DNA of 64,000 nucleotides from Gammaproteobacteria bacterium. GTDB taxonomy: Bacteria > Pseudomonadota > Gammaproteobacteria > SZUA-140. The position numbers and the translations under genes were made by a program. Where the stretch lies: positions 247,716-311,715 of the forward strand of contig JADJQS010000006.1 of the NCBI GenBank assembly GCA_016712635.1. The letters are read 5' to 3'. A model generated the notes under the pieces. The model had not been told where the DNA came from. It did not search any database and was given only the letters and a program-made list of their open reading frames with translations. This document shows, in pieces, positions 1 through 8,407 of this stretch; positions within the stretch are counted from its first letter, which is position 1, and each line of letters begins with the position of its first letter.

Positions 1-810
1 AATTTCGCCGATGTGCTCAAGCATCTGGTGCTCGATCGGATCCTTGCCCACCTGGCCATCAAGGACAAGCCCTTTTTCTGCCTCGACACCCATGCCGGGT
101 CGGGCGGCTACGACCTGACCGGCACGTACGCGCGCAGAAACGGCGAATTCGAAGGCGGCATCGGCCGGCTCTGGGGGCGCGGTGACCTGCCGGCCCCGCT
201 CGCGGAGTATCTCGCCGCGGTGCAGGAGTACAACGCCTCCGACCGCCTGCGCGCCTATCCGGGATCGCCGTATTTCGAGCGCCGCCGCCTGCGCGCCCGC
301 GACCGGCTCGTGCTGTGCGAGCTGCATCCGACCGAGCTGAGGGAGCTGAAATCGTTCGCGCAGAAGGACCGGCGCATCAAGGTGGTGTACGGCGACGGCT
401 TCCGCGAATGCATCGGTTTCCTCCCCCCGACCGAGCGGCGCGGCCTCGTCCTGATCGACCCGTCCTACGAGATCAAGACCGACTATCGCCGGGCGGTCGA
501 GGCGCTGTCGCGCGCCTGTCGTCAATTCGAGACCGGGATCTTCGCGCTCTGGTATCCGGTGATCGAGCGCCGCAGGATCGACGGGATGGAGGAGGCACTG
601 CGGCGGAGCGGGGTCCGCCGTGTCATGCTGTTCGAGCTGGGTGTCGAACCGGACGGCCGGGAGCGCGGCATGACCGCGAGCGGCATGATCGTGGTCAACC
701 CGCCCTGGACCCTGCACGAGGAGATGGAGGCGGTGCTGCCGTTTCTCGCCGACGCGCTGGGCCGGGACGGCGGCGGCCACTACCGCATGTTCGAGCTGGT
801 GCCGGAGTAG
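1..810 (+). CDS. rlmJ: 23S rRNA (adenine2030-N6)-methyltransferase RlmJ, 5' end cut by window edge
   Basis: ORF 13..810 frame stays open back to nt 1; translation is collinear with E. coli RlmJ/YhiR (DVLKH..LDTHAGxGxY..YPGSP..LIDPSYE..WYP..MIVVNPPW). Confidence 0.85.
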   Translation, partial: NFADVLKHLVLDRILAHLAIKDKPFFCLDTHAGSGGYDLTGTYARRNGEFEGGIGRLWGRGDLPAPLAEYLAAVQEYNASDRLRAYPGSPYFERRRLRARDRLVLCELHPTELRELKSFAQKDRRIKVVYGDGFRECIGFLPPTERRGLVLIDPSYEIKTDYRRAVEALSRACRQFETGIFALWYPVIERRRIDGMEEALRRSGVRRVMLFELGVEPDGRERGMTASGMIVVNPPWTLHEEMEAVLPFLADALGRDGGGHYRMFELVPE

Positions 811-894
811 CCGGGATTCTTCAGCCGGTCATCCGGCTGGAGAGGCGCGGGCAGGGTGTTCCCTGCCGGGTGCGCGCCAGCCACCGCCCGTCAT

Positions 895-1101
895 TCAGGC
901 GGCAAGGTGCGGCGGGGCATGAGTCCCGCCCCGCGCCTCGATCCTGCGCCACACACGTTCGTGGAAGTAGAACGCCACCGTGTTTACCGCCGGCTCGATC
1001 AGGGCCACCGCGCCGCCGATCACCACGTCGCCGGTCAGCAGGCAGGCGACCGCAAAGGCGATCGAGAAGTGCAGGATGGCGAATGTCAGTGTCTTGGTCA
1101 T
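895..1101 (-). CDS. small membrane protein, DUF2061-like
   Basis: 68-aa ORF with two hydrophobic segments and a pattern resembling DUF2061; weak RBS. Confidence 0.45.
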   Translation of the reverse strand: MTKTLTFAILHFSIAFAVACLLTGDVVIGGAVALIEPAVNTVAFYFHERVWRRIEARGGTHAPPHLAA

Positions 1102-1466
1102 GGTCTGTCCCGTTCACGAGGTCCTGTAATAGATAATAATGGTTCTCATGCAGGATCAAAGTCGATTTATTCTTGGCGGGCGATAGGGCGCGGCTATGGC
1201 CGGGGCCTCAGTGACGCGGTGTGGCAGGGGACAGGAAGGTGATGCGTAGGTGCCATGAACGATCGCACGCGCATGGCGGATGACAGCGGTGTCGGATCGA
1301 TGCCGGGCTCGCCGTCTTATGATGGCCGTCCCTGGCAGTACGTCTCCTGGTTCTTACCATAGCCGTTTGATCCGGCATCCACCATAATACTTTCAGGGGG
1401 AGCGGTGAAGCTCCCGTCGGCCGTGAGAAAGCGGTACTGATCTAACGTGACGCACGATCTCATTCT

Positions 1467-2309
1467 ATGATCCCGCGAACAGCGCGCATGCATTCACCTG
1501 CGCGGTGGGGACTTCTGCTGTCCCTGATCCTGTGCGCCTTCCTCCTCGCCGATGTGAACGGCGCGGCACCGGCGGGCGCCACGGGTCAGGCAGGGTCCGC
1601 CCCGGTATCCGGCTTCCGCATCGTGCGCATCTACCCGCACGACCGCCGTGCCTTCACGCAGGGCCTGGTCTACCTGGACGGCGAGCTGTACGAGGGTACC
1701 GGGCTCAACGGCGCCTCGTCGGTGCGCCGGGTCGAGCTCAAGAGCGGCCGGGTGTTGCAGAAACTGCCACTCGACGGGAAGTACTTCGGTGAAGGCCTCG
1801 CCGCCTGGGGGCCGAACCTGATCCAGCTGACGCTCCGCTCGAATCTCGGCTTCGTCTACGACCGCGCCACACTGCGGCTGCGCCAGACCTTCACCTATGC
1901 CGGCGAGGGCTGGGGGCTGACGCACGACGGGGAGCGCCTGATCATGAGCGACGGGACTTCCGTCCTGCGCTACCTCAACCCCTGGACCTATGAGGAGATG
2001 GGGGTCCTGCCGGTGCGTGACGGCGGGCGCGAGATCACCGGCCTGAACGAGCTGGAATACGTGAACGGGGAGATCTTTGCCAATGTGTGGCCGACCGACC
2101 GGATCGTGCGCATCGCGGCCGGGACCGGAGCGGTGACCGGCTGGATCGACCTCGCGGGCCTGCTCGCACCCGCGGACAAGGGCGCCCCGGGCAGCGTATT
2201 GAACGGCATCGCCTACGATGCGGAAAACGACCGGCTGTTCGTGACCGGCAAGCGGTGGCCGAGACTGTTCGAGATCAGGCTGGTCGACGGGCAGACGCCG
2301 CGGCGGTGA
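1467..2309 (+). CDS. glutaminyl-peptide cyclotransferase (bacterial/plant beta-propeller type), secreted
   Basis: N-terminal signal peptide; YPHD..FTQGL..LYEGTG..W..EGWGLT motifs typical of glutamine cyclotransferase. Confidence 0.8.
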   Translation: MIPRTARMHSPARWGLLLSLILCAFLLADVNGAAPAGATGQAGSAPVSGFRIVRIYPHDRRAFTQGLVYLDGELYEGTGLNGASSVRRVELKSGRVLQKLPLDGKYFGEGLAAWGPNLIQLTLRSNLGFVYDRATLRLRQTFTYAGEGWGLTHDGERLIMSDGTSVLRYLNPWTYEEMGVLPVRDGGREITGLNELEYVNGEIFANVWPTDRIVRIAAGTGAVTGWIDLAGLLAPADKGAPGSVLNGIAYDAENDRLFVTGKRWPRLFEIRLVDGQTPRR

Positions 2310-2422
2310 AGCGGCGGGGGCCGGCGCGGGCGGTATCCGGTTTGTGCCGGAATGCGGTATCTTGGCGCCGGGCGCGTCCGACGCGCCCGCCAATGACCAT
2401 TCTCCAACTGGCAGGCAGACCG

Positions 2423-2779
2423 ATGAACGCATATCTGACGACAACCCTTCTGTTGTGCTGCAGCAACATCTTCATGACCTTCGCCTGGTACGGTCACCTG
2501 AAGAGCCTTCCCCATCAGCCCTGGGTGATCGCGGCGCTGGTCAGCTGGGGCATCGCCTTCTTCGAATATATGTTTCAGGTGCCGGCGAACCGGATCGGCC
2601 ACCAGGTGATGACCGTCGGGCAGTTGAAGATCCTGCAGGAGATCATCACGCTGACGGTGTTCGTCCCGTTCGCGCTGTTCTACATCAAGGAAAAGCTGAC
2701 CCTCGATTATCTGTGGGCGGGTCTGTGCCTGCTCGGCGCGGTGTTTTTCCTGTTCCGTGCCAAGGTGTTCGCTGCATAG
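2423..2779 (+). CDS. DMT-superfamily small membrane protein (DUF486-like)
   Basis: ATG at 2423 in frame of ORF 2087..2779; 118 aa with 4 predicted TM segments, resembles DUF486/EamA-like half transporters. Confidence 0.55.
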   Translation: MNAYLTTTLLLCCSNIFMTFAWYGHLKSLPHQPWVIAALVSWGIAFFEYMFQVPANRIGHQVMTVGQLKILQEIITLTVFVPFALFYIKEKLTLDYLWAGLCLLGAVFFLFRAKVFAA

Positions 2780-2970
2780 GCCGGGCGCCGTCCGACGGCC
2801 GGCGTGGCGCGGCGGCAGGATGCGCACACCTCGCGGTCGGAGCGGGCGACAGTACCGGCCGCGGTTGCAGTCCGCGGCCGATAATGCGAAGGTTGCAGGG
2901 GAGGACGCCGGACCGGAAATCGCACGGGCCGGGCGGGCGGTTTTGTCTATTCATTTGTCGGAGGGGTCAG

Positions 2971-3435
2971 ATGCAGATACAAGACGATTGCGTGGTGTCC
3001 ATTCATTACACCTTGACCAACGAGGAGGGCGATGAGCTCGATTCCTCGGTCGGCCAGGATCCCCTGGTATACCTTCACGGCGCCGGCAATATCATCCCGG
3101 GGCTGGAAATCGCCCTGGTCGGCGGCAGCGCGGGTGACCGGCTCGAGGTCACGGTGCAGCCGGAGGACGGCTATGGCGAGGTCGATCCGGACCTGATCCG
3201 CCGGGTACCGCGCGACGCCTTCGAAGGCATCGAGCGGGTGGAGCCGGGCATGCAGTTCCAGACCCAGGGGCCGAACGGACAGGTCATGCGCGTCACGGTC
3301 AGGGAGAGCGACGACGAGGGCGTGCTGATCGATGCGAATCACCCGCTTGCGGGGCAGATCCTGTATTTCAGCGTCAGCATCGAAGGTGTGCGTACCGCGA
3401 CCGAGGAGGAGCTGGCCCACGGGCACGCCCATTAG
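2971..3435 (+). CDS. slyD: FKBP-type peptidyl-prolyl cis-trans isomerase SlyD
   Basis: MQIQDDCVVSIHYTL..GxGxxIPGLE.AL.G FKBP fold plus IF insert region and His-rich C-terminus (HGHAH); ATG at 2971 preceded by GGAGGGG. Confidence 0.85.
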   Translation: MQIQDDCVVSIHYTLTNEEGDELDSSVGQDPLVYLHGAGNIIPGLEIALVGGSAGDRLEVTVQPEDGYGEVDPDLIRRVPRDAFEGIERVEPGMQFQTQGPNGQVMRVTVRESDDEGVLIDANHPLAGQILYFSVSIEGVRTATEEELAHGHAH

Positions 3436-3443
3436 GGCGCGCG

Positions 3444-6400
3444 TCAGCCGGTGAAATCGAACAGGCGGCGCGGCTTGTCTATGACGTATCCCTGCGCGTA
3501 ATCCACCCCGATCTCGCGCAGCAGGGCCAGGATGGCCTCGTTTTCGACGTACTCCGCGATGATCTTCTTGCCCATGAAGTGGCCGATCTCGCTGATCGAT
3601 TTCACAACGGCGTAATCGCTCGGGTTGCGGTCCATCTCCTTGACGAAGGCGCCGTCGATCTTGAGGAAATCGACCGGGAGGTTTTTCAGGTAGGCGTAGG
3701 AGGAGAGCCCGCTGCCGAAGTCGTCGAGCGCGAACGTACAGCCGCTCTTCTTCATGTCCAGGATGAACTCGGCCGCGTCGGTGAGGCTGCCGATGCCGGC
3801 CGTCTCGGTCACCTCGAAGCAGACGCGGTCCATCGGCGCGCCGCTGCGGGCCGCCTCATCCAGGATGAAATCCTTGAACGAATCGTCGCTCAGCGAGCGT
3901 CCGGACAGGTTGATGGCGAGTCCGCCCAGCGCGTCGATCTTGTCCCGGTTCTCCGCCATCCAGGCGAACGCGGTGCGGATCACCCAGCGGTCGATGGCGG
4001 GCATGCGGTGATAGTGTTCCGCCGCGAGGATCAGCTCCTGCGGCGACATCGGGTTGCCGTCCTCGTCGGTCACGCCGAGCAGGACCTCGACGTGGTGCGG
4101 CGGCTGCGCACCTTCGCCCGCGATCGGGACGATGCTCTGGTAGCGCAGGTCCAGCTCGCCTTCCTCCAGCGCCTTGTCGATGCGTGAAATCCATTTCATC
4201 GAGCGCTGCTCGTCGCGCAGGAGCGCGTCGTCGGGACGGTGTATCTGGATCCGGTTCACGCCCTGCTGCTTGGCGGCGCGGCAGGAGGATTCGGTCGCCT
4301 GGAGCACCTGCGCGGCATGGCTGGACGTCCCGTCGATCTGCGCGAGCCCGATGCCGAAGGACACCGAGAATTTCTTTTCCGCCCAGGTGAAGCGGTAGTC
4401 GCGGATCCTGTCGATCTGTTCCTCGGCGATGCGGCTCGCCTCCATGGTAGAGCAGTTGTCCAGCAGCAGGCAGAATTCATCCGCGCCGATGCGTCCCGCG
4501 ATCGCATTGATGCCGGCGGCGCTCGTTTTCATCAGCTCGCCGATCTCCAGCAGGAGCTTGTCGCCGGCGTCGTAGCCGCAGGTCGTGTTGATCACGTTGA
4601 ACTGGTCGATGTCGATATAGAGCAGGGCGTGCACCGCGGCCCCCAGCCGGGCATCCTCGATCTTTTCCTGCAGCAGGCGTTCGAACTCGCGCCGGTTGTA
4701 CAGGCCGGTCAGCTGGTCGTGGGTGGTCTCGAACAGCAGCTGGTGGTGCAGGTTCTGCAGCATGCTGTACTGGGCGCGGTCCATCGCCGGTTCGTCGCCG
4801 CTGTCCAGGATGACGGCGGCGCCGTCATGGAGCTGGCGTGACAGCTGGCCGAGTTCCACGGTCTTTTCCCGCAGTCCGCGCAGGTTCACGAACACGTAGC
4901 GGTCGCAGTTTTTCGAAACCCAGGCGAGCCGGAGGCGCTGCGGGTTGTCGGAGTCCGTCACGAACAGCACCCAGCTGCCCACCTTGAGCCGCGATGCGCG
5001 TTTGCGCCATTCCTGCAGCTCCTCCGTGTCCGTGCCGGCGGATGCGTCCTCCACGGCGCGGGCCTCCTGCACAGCGTCCACGGCCTGTTCGCTTTCGCAG
5101 ACGTCGATCACGTCGCGCACGTTTTCCGAGTAGGCGGTGTCCTGGATCTGGACCAGGGTATTGAGTTTTCTGAGCACCTTGGAAAAGACCTCGGGATCGA
5201 TGTCGATCTCGTCGGCGATGCGGTTCAGGAGCGTGTTCACCTGTCTCTGGATGGCGTTGCCGCCGTCGCCGTCCTGTCCGTCGCCGTACAGCTCGAGCTG
5301 CGAGATCCTGTTGACCACCTGGCGCGCGACGTGGGATTTGTCCAGGAAGATGGATTCGTCGAGGATGGCCTGTTTCAGCAGCGGTATCTCGAGGCGCTGC
5401 AGCCAGGCGCGCACGCCCTTCTCCAGCAGCATGTCCTTGAACATCGATTCGAACACATTGCCGGCGACGTACATGATGCCGCTCTCGCGCCCTCCGATGC
5501 GCTTGTCCGCATCGCCCAGGGCGCCGCGCTCGCTGATCAGCGGAAGAATCTTCGAGTGATACCCGCCCGCGCCGCCGCTTTCCTGCATGTCTCCGCGCCT
5601 GCCCTGCAACTGCGAGAGGGCGGTGAGTATCTCTTCCGTGGAATAAACCTTGCCGCCGTGCGGGTCGCCCGCCGCGGGCGTGCCGCCGGCGGCCGCGCTG
5701 TTCTGTTCCAGGTCGAAGCTTTCCATCCCGCCGTCGTGGTGGCCGAACTGGCGTCGCAGCGAGAAGATGTCGCGCACGATGCCGTAGAGATCGCGGTCAC
5801 CATCATTGCGGTCGCCCTCCGTGGCGGCCGGGACGGTTGCGGCGTCCGTGCGGGTCGCCGCGCGGGCTTTCCGCGGCGCTTCCTCCCGGGTGCGCTGTGA
5901 CTCCTGGGCCTCCGTGCGCTTCACGATGACGCCGATCTTGATGTCGGGCAGCACGCCGTTCTCGATCAGGCAGGCGTTCATGCGGGCGTACAGATCGCTC
6001 AGGTGATCGAGCAGCACGGCCTTGAACGACGCGTAACAGATCTGGGTGGCGGGCCGGGCCAGTTCGAGCAGCTTGAGCGCCTGCTGGAAGGCCTGCGCAA
6101 AGGCATACGGGCCGAGCGGGTTGCCCTCCCTGTCGACGGAGACGCCGTAAAGCAGGCCCAGGCGTTGCTCGAGCTCGTTCATTTCCCTCTGCTGGCGCGC
6201 TTCGATGTAGTTGGCGATGTCCGAAACGGCGAGCCAGTCGTCCAGCACGTCCTCTTCGACCAGTGAAAGCTTGGCCGCAGACGGGCCGGCACCGCCGGCG
6301 TTTCCTGCGAGGGCCCTGGGTGTGCTTTCGAGGCGCTCCAGGTAGGAGCCGGTGAAATTTTCCTGCAGGATGCCGTGGGAACGGTTGAGGATGCCGAGCG

Positions 6401-6992
6401 CGTCGAAATACGAGTTTTGTTCCGTGACGTTCCTGGCATGGTCCGCCGAGTCGAACAACTGGCCGCCGGCATGGGAGATGAAACCCTCCATCAGCGGACG
6501 CATGATATCGCGCGCCATTCCGCGACACGCGTCCAGCAGGCGGCGGCTGTCTGCGGCTCCCGGCGAACCCGCGACCGGAGCCGTCCTCCCGGCGTCCGCG
6601 TCCCGCCGCCGTCCGCCTTCCTGTGTGACGGCGAAGTCGATGAGCAGTTGCAATGCGTTGAGGTCGGGATCGATCAGCGCGACGCCGGCGCTTTCGCCGT
6701 CGGTGCGAACGACGCGGGCGCGGAAGCGCAGGTTGTTCTGGCGTGCGTCGCCCGGCACGGCGCAGCGGATGTCCACCTGCTCGCCGACCACCGGCAGAAA
6801 ATTCTTCGCCGTGTCCTGCTGGTAGTTCAGCAGCATGCCGCTGAGGCAGAGATCGCGAATCTCGCAGCGGTGCTGCGGCGAGCCCCGGAGGGTGCTGCAG
6901 ACGGCGTCGAGGCGCACGCGATAGCGCTGAAAATGGCGCTTGTCGGCGCCGCCGCGCTCGCTCGTAACCGATCGTTTGCTCGCTGATGACAT
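3444..6992 (-). CDS. multidomain c-di-GMP signalling protein: N-terminal PilZ, ~650-aa uncharacterised central region, GGDEF domain (motif GADEF), EAL domain (motif EVLLG)
   Basis: PilZ RxxxR..DxSxxG signature in first 120 aa; GGDEF-domain core LTGLYNRREFE...RIGADEF; EAL-domain core YQSIV..EVLLG..NLS..EVTE..DDFGSG..KIDGAFV..EYVE. Confidence 0.85.
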   Translation of the reverse strand: MSSASKRSVTSERGGADKRHFQRYRVRLDAVCSTLRGSPQHRCEIRDLCLSGMLLNYQQDTAKNFLPVVGEQVDIRCAVPGDARQNNLRFRARVVRTDGESAGVALIDPDLNALQLLIDFAVTQEGGRRRDADAGRTAPVAGSPGAADSRRLLDACRGMARDIMRPLMEGFISHAGGQLFDSADHARNVTEQNSYFDALGILNRSHGILQENFTGSYLERLESTPRALAGNAGGAGPSAAKLSLVEEDVLDDWLAVSDIANYIEARQQREMNELEQRLGLLYGVSVDREGNPLGPYAFAQAFQQALKLLELARPATQICYASFKAVLLDHLSDLYARMNACLIENGVLPDIKIGVIVKRTEAQESQRTREEAPRKARAATRTDAATVPAATEGDRNDGDRDLYGIVRDIFSLRRQFGHHDGGMESFDLEQNSAAAGGTPAAGDPHGGKVYSTEEILTALSQLQGRRGDMQESGGAGGYHSKILPLISERGALGDADKRIGGRESGIMYVAGNVFESMFKDMLLEKGVRAWLQRLEIPLLKQAILDESIFLDKSHVARQVVNRISQLELYGDGQDGDGGNAIQRQVNTLLNRIADEIDIDPEVFSKVLRKLNTLVQIQDTAYSENVRDVIDVCESEQAVDAVQEARAVEDASAGTDTEELQEWRKRASRLKVGSWVLFVTDSDNPQRLRLAWVSKNCDRYVFVNLRGLREKTVELGQLSRQLHDGAAVILDSGDEPAMDRAQYSMLQNLHHQLLFETTHDQLTGLYNRREFERLLQEKIEDARLGAAVHALLYIDIDQFNVINTTCGYDAGDKLLLEIGELMKTSAAGINAIAGRIGADEFCLLLDNCSTMEASRIAEEQIDRIRDYRFTWAEKKFSVSFGIGLAQIDGTSSHAAQVLQATESSCRAAKQQGVNRIQIHRPDDALLRDEQRSMKWISRIDKALEEGELDLRYQSIVPIAGEGAQPPHHVEVLLGVTDEDGNPMSPQELILAAEHYHRMPAIDRWVIRTAFAWMAENRDKIDALGGLAINLSGRSLSDDSFKDFILDEAARSGAPMDRVCFEVTETAGIGSLTDAAEFILDMKKSGCTFALDDFGSGLSSYAYLKNLPVDFLKIDGAFVKEMDRNPSDYAVVKSISEIGHFMGKKIIAEYVENEAILALLREIGVDYAQGYVIDKPRRLFDFTG

Positions 6993-7388
6993 AAATGGAT
7001 GCCGGCTATTCCCCTTGGTAGAGGCTATCGGCGTTACGGTAAGAATTTTGAATCAGTTCGCATTTTCGGGATGCGCGGGAAGCGGGCAGTCATTGGGGAC
7101 AGACGGGCTGTGACCGTTACGGCATCGTCGCCGATCCTGTAACTAAATGAAATATATTAGAATTTACGATTGATCCCAGGCCGTTCAAGCTGTTCCCCGG
7201 GTTGGGCGGCGGCAAGGTGCGTTTCGTCAGCGCGGAACCCGGCCCCTGGATCCGGTCCCCGGATGCGGCTGCGCCTCCTGCCCCCATGTGGACTTTGCCT
7301 GAGGCGCTCCCTACAATCACGCGGGTTGACGAGCGGAAGATTCTTCGCCTGGCGATGCATGAGATATCTATATGACAAGGAGACGGAA

Positions 7389-7613
7389 ATGAACAAGACA
7401 GCGAATATATCGGCGGTGATGCTGGCCCTGGTGCTGGGATTGGCCGGCTGCAGCGGCAAGGACGAGAGCATGGAGGAGCCGCAGGACACGATGGAGAACT
7501 CCGCCGACACGATGATGGAGCATACCGACGAGCAGAGCCACGACGCCACGATGGGCGAGATGCCCGCGGAACCCGCAGCACCCGCGGAACCCGCTCCGGC
7601 CGAAGGGCAGTAA
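7389..7613 (+). CDS. small acidic Met/His-rich lipoprotein
   Basis: ATG at 7389 with AAGGAGA RBS; signal peptide with lipobox LAGC; mature part rich in M, H, E, D (MxxM-like spacing); followed by strong hairpin terminator. Confidence 0.6.
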   Translation: MNKTANISAVMLALVLGLAGCSGKDESMEEPQDTMENSADTMMEHTDEQSHDATMGEMPAEPAAPAEPAPAEGQ

Positions 7614-7679
7614 CGGACCGGGCCTCCGGTCTTGCCGCAACCCGGGAGATACGGGCGCCGCGGCGGATGATATACCCGG

Positions 7680-7708
7680 AAAGGGCCCGCATGGGCCCTT
7701 TCCTCTTT
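7680..7708. terminator. rho-independent terminator (bidirectional: AAAGGGCCC-gcat-GGGCCCTTT then CCTCTTT)
   Basis: perfect 9-bp GC-rich stem flanked by A-run and T-run, sits between the convergent lipoprotein (+) and rhomboid (-) genes. Confidence 0.5.
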
Positions 7709-7780
7709 ATATAGATATGCGCGCGGCGCGCGGGCCTGACGAGGGCCGCCGCCGCGTTGCCGCGGCGGCCCCGGACGTGA

Positions 7781-8407
7781 CTAGTCCGCCGCCTTGCCTC
7801 GCCGCCGCGTGCGCATCAGGAGCATCGCGCCGGCGAGCAGCCCGGCGATCGCGCCGTAGAGATGCGAGTCCACGAGCACGGTGCCGCCGGCGAAGCTCTC
7901 CGAGCCCGGCAGCGCGCCGAACATCTGTTCCCATACCAGTTTGGCAAGGAGCAGGCCGAGCAGGAGTAGCTCCGCGCGATACCCTGCCGCGAGGCTTGCC
8001 AGCGCGCCGGCCACGAACAGGCCGTGCAGCACGCCGGACAGTCCGACATACCAGTGCACCTCGGGTTGCAGCACCAGCAGGGCGAGACTGGCGCCGAGCA
8101 TGCAGAACAGCGTGACCGCCAGCCATTCGAGCATGGTGTGGAACCGTCCGAACAGCATCCAGATCAGGCCCAGCCCGACCAGGTTCATTGCCAGGTGCTT
8201 CCATCCGAGGTGTGCGATGTGCGCGGACAGCAGGCGCCAGACCTCACCCTCGAGGATGGCCGCCCGGTCGTAGCGCAGCCACGGGCGCAGCTCCTGTCCG
8301 CCGATCATCGCCGCCACCGCGAGCAGTGCCAGGGCGAGCGGCAGGGCGTGCCGCGCCGTAATTTCCCCGTATCCGCGCCGTGCGCCCGTGCCGGCGTCAT
8401 TTTTCAT
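7781..8407 (-). CDS. rhomboid-family intramembrane serine protease (small rhombosortase-like form)
   Basis: 6-TM protein with GLSGVLHG (GxSG serine) and downstream His in TM6; start ATG at 8407 overlaps glnD stop (ATGAAAAATGA). Confidence 0.7.
   Translation of the reverse strand: MKNDAGTGARRGYGEITARHALPLALALLAVAAMIGGQELRPWLRYDRAAILEGEVWRLLSAHIAHLGWKHLAMNLVGLGLIWMLFGRFHTMLEWLAVTLFCMLGASLALLVLQPEVHWYVGLSGVLHGLFVAGALASLAAGYRAELLLLGLLLAKLVWEQMFGALPGSESFAGGTVLVDSHLYGAIAGLLAGAMLLMRTRRRGKAAD

Noticed and set aside
821-1242. ORFs 821..1159(-), 856..1242(+), 315..1136(+)
   Set aside because: They overlap rlmJ or the DUF2061 gene in alternative frames, with Arg/Pro-rich composition and no start-signal support.
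1143-1466. Possible riboswitch/sRNA in the 320-nt region upstream of the glutaminyl cyclase gene
   Set aside because: No recognisable conserved riboswitch core (for example TPP, SAM, cobalamin or glycine motifs) could be identified by eye. Left unannotated.
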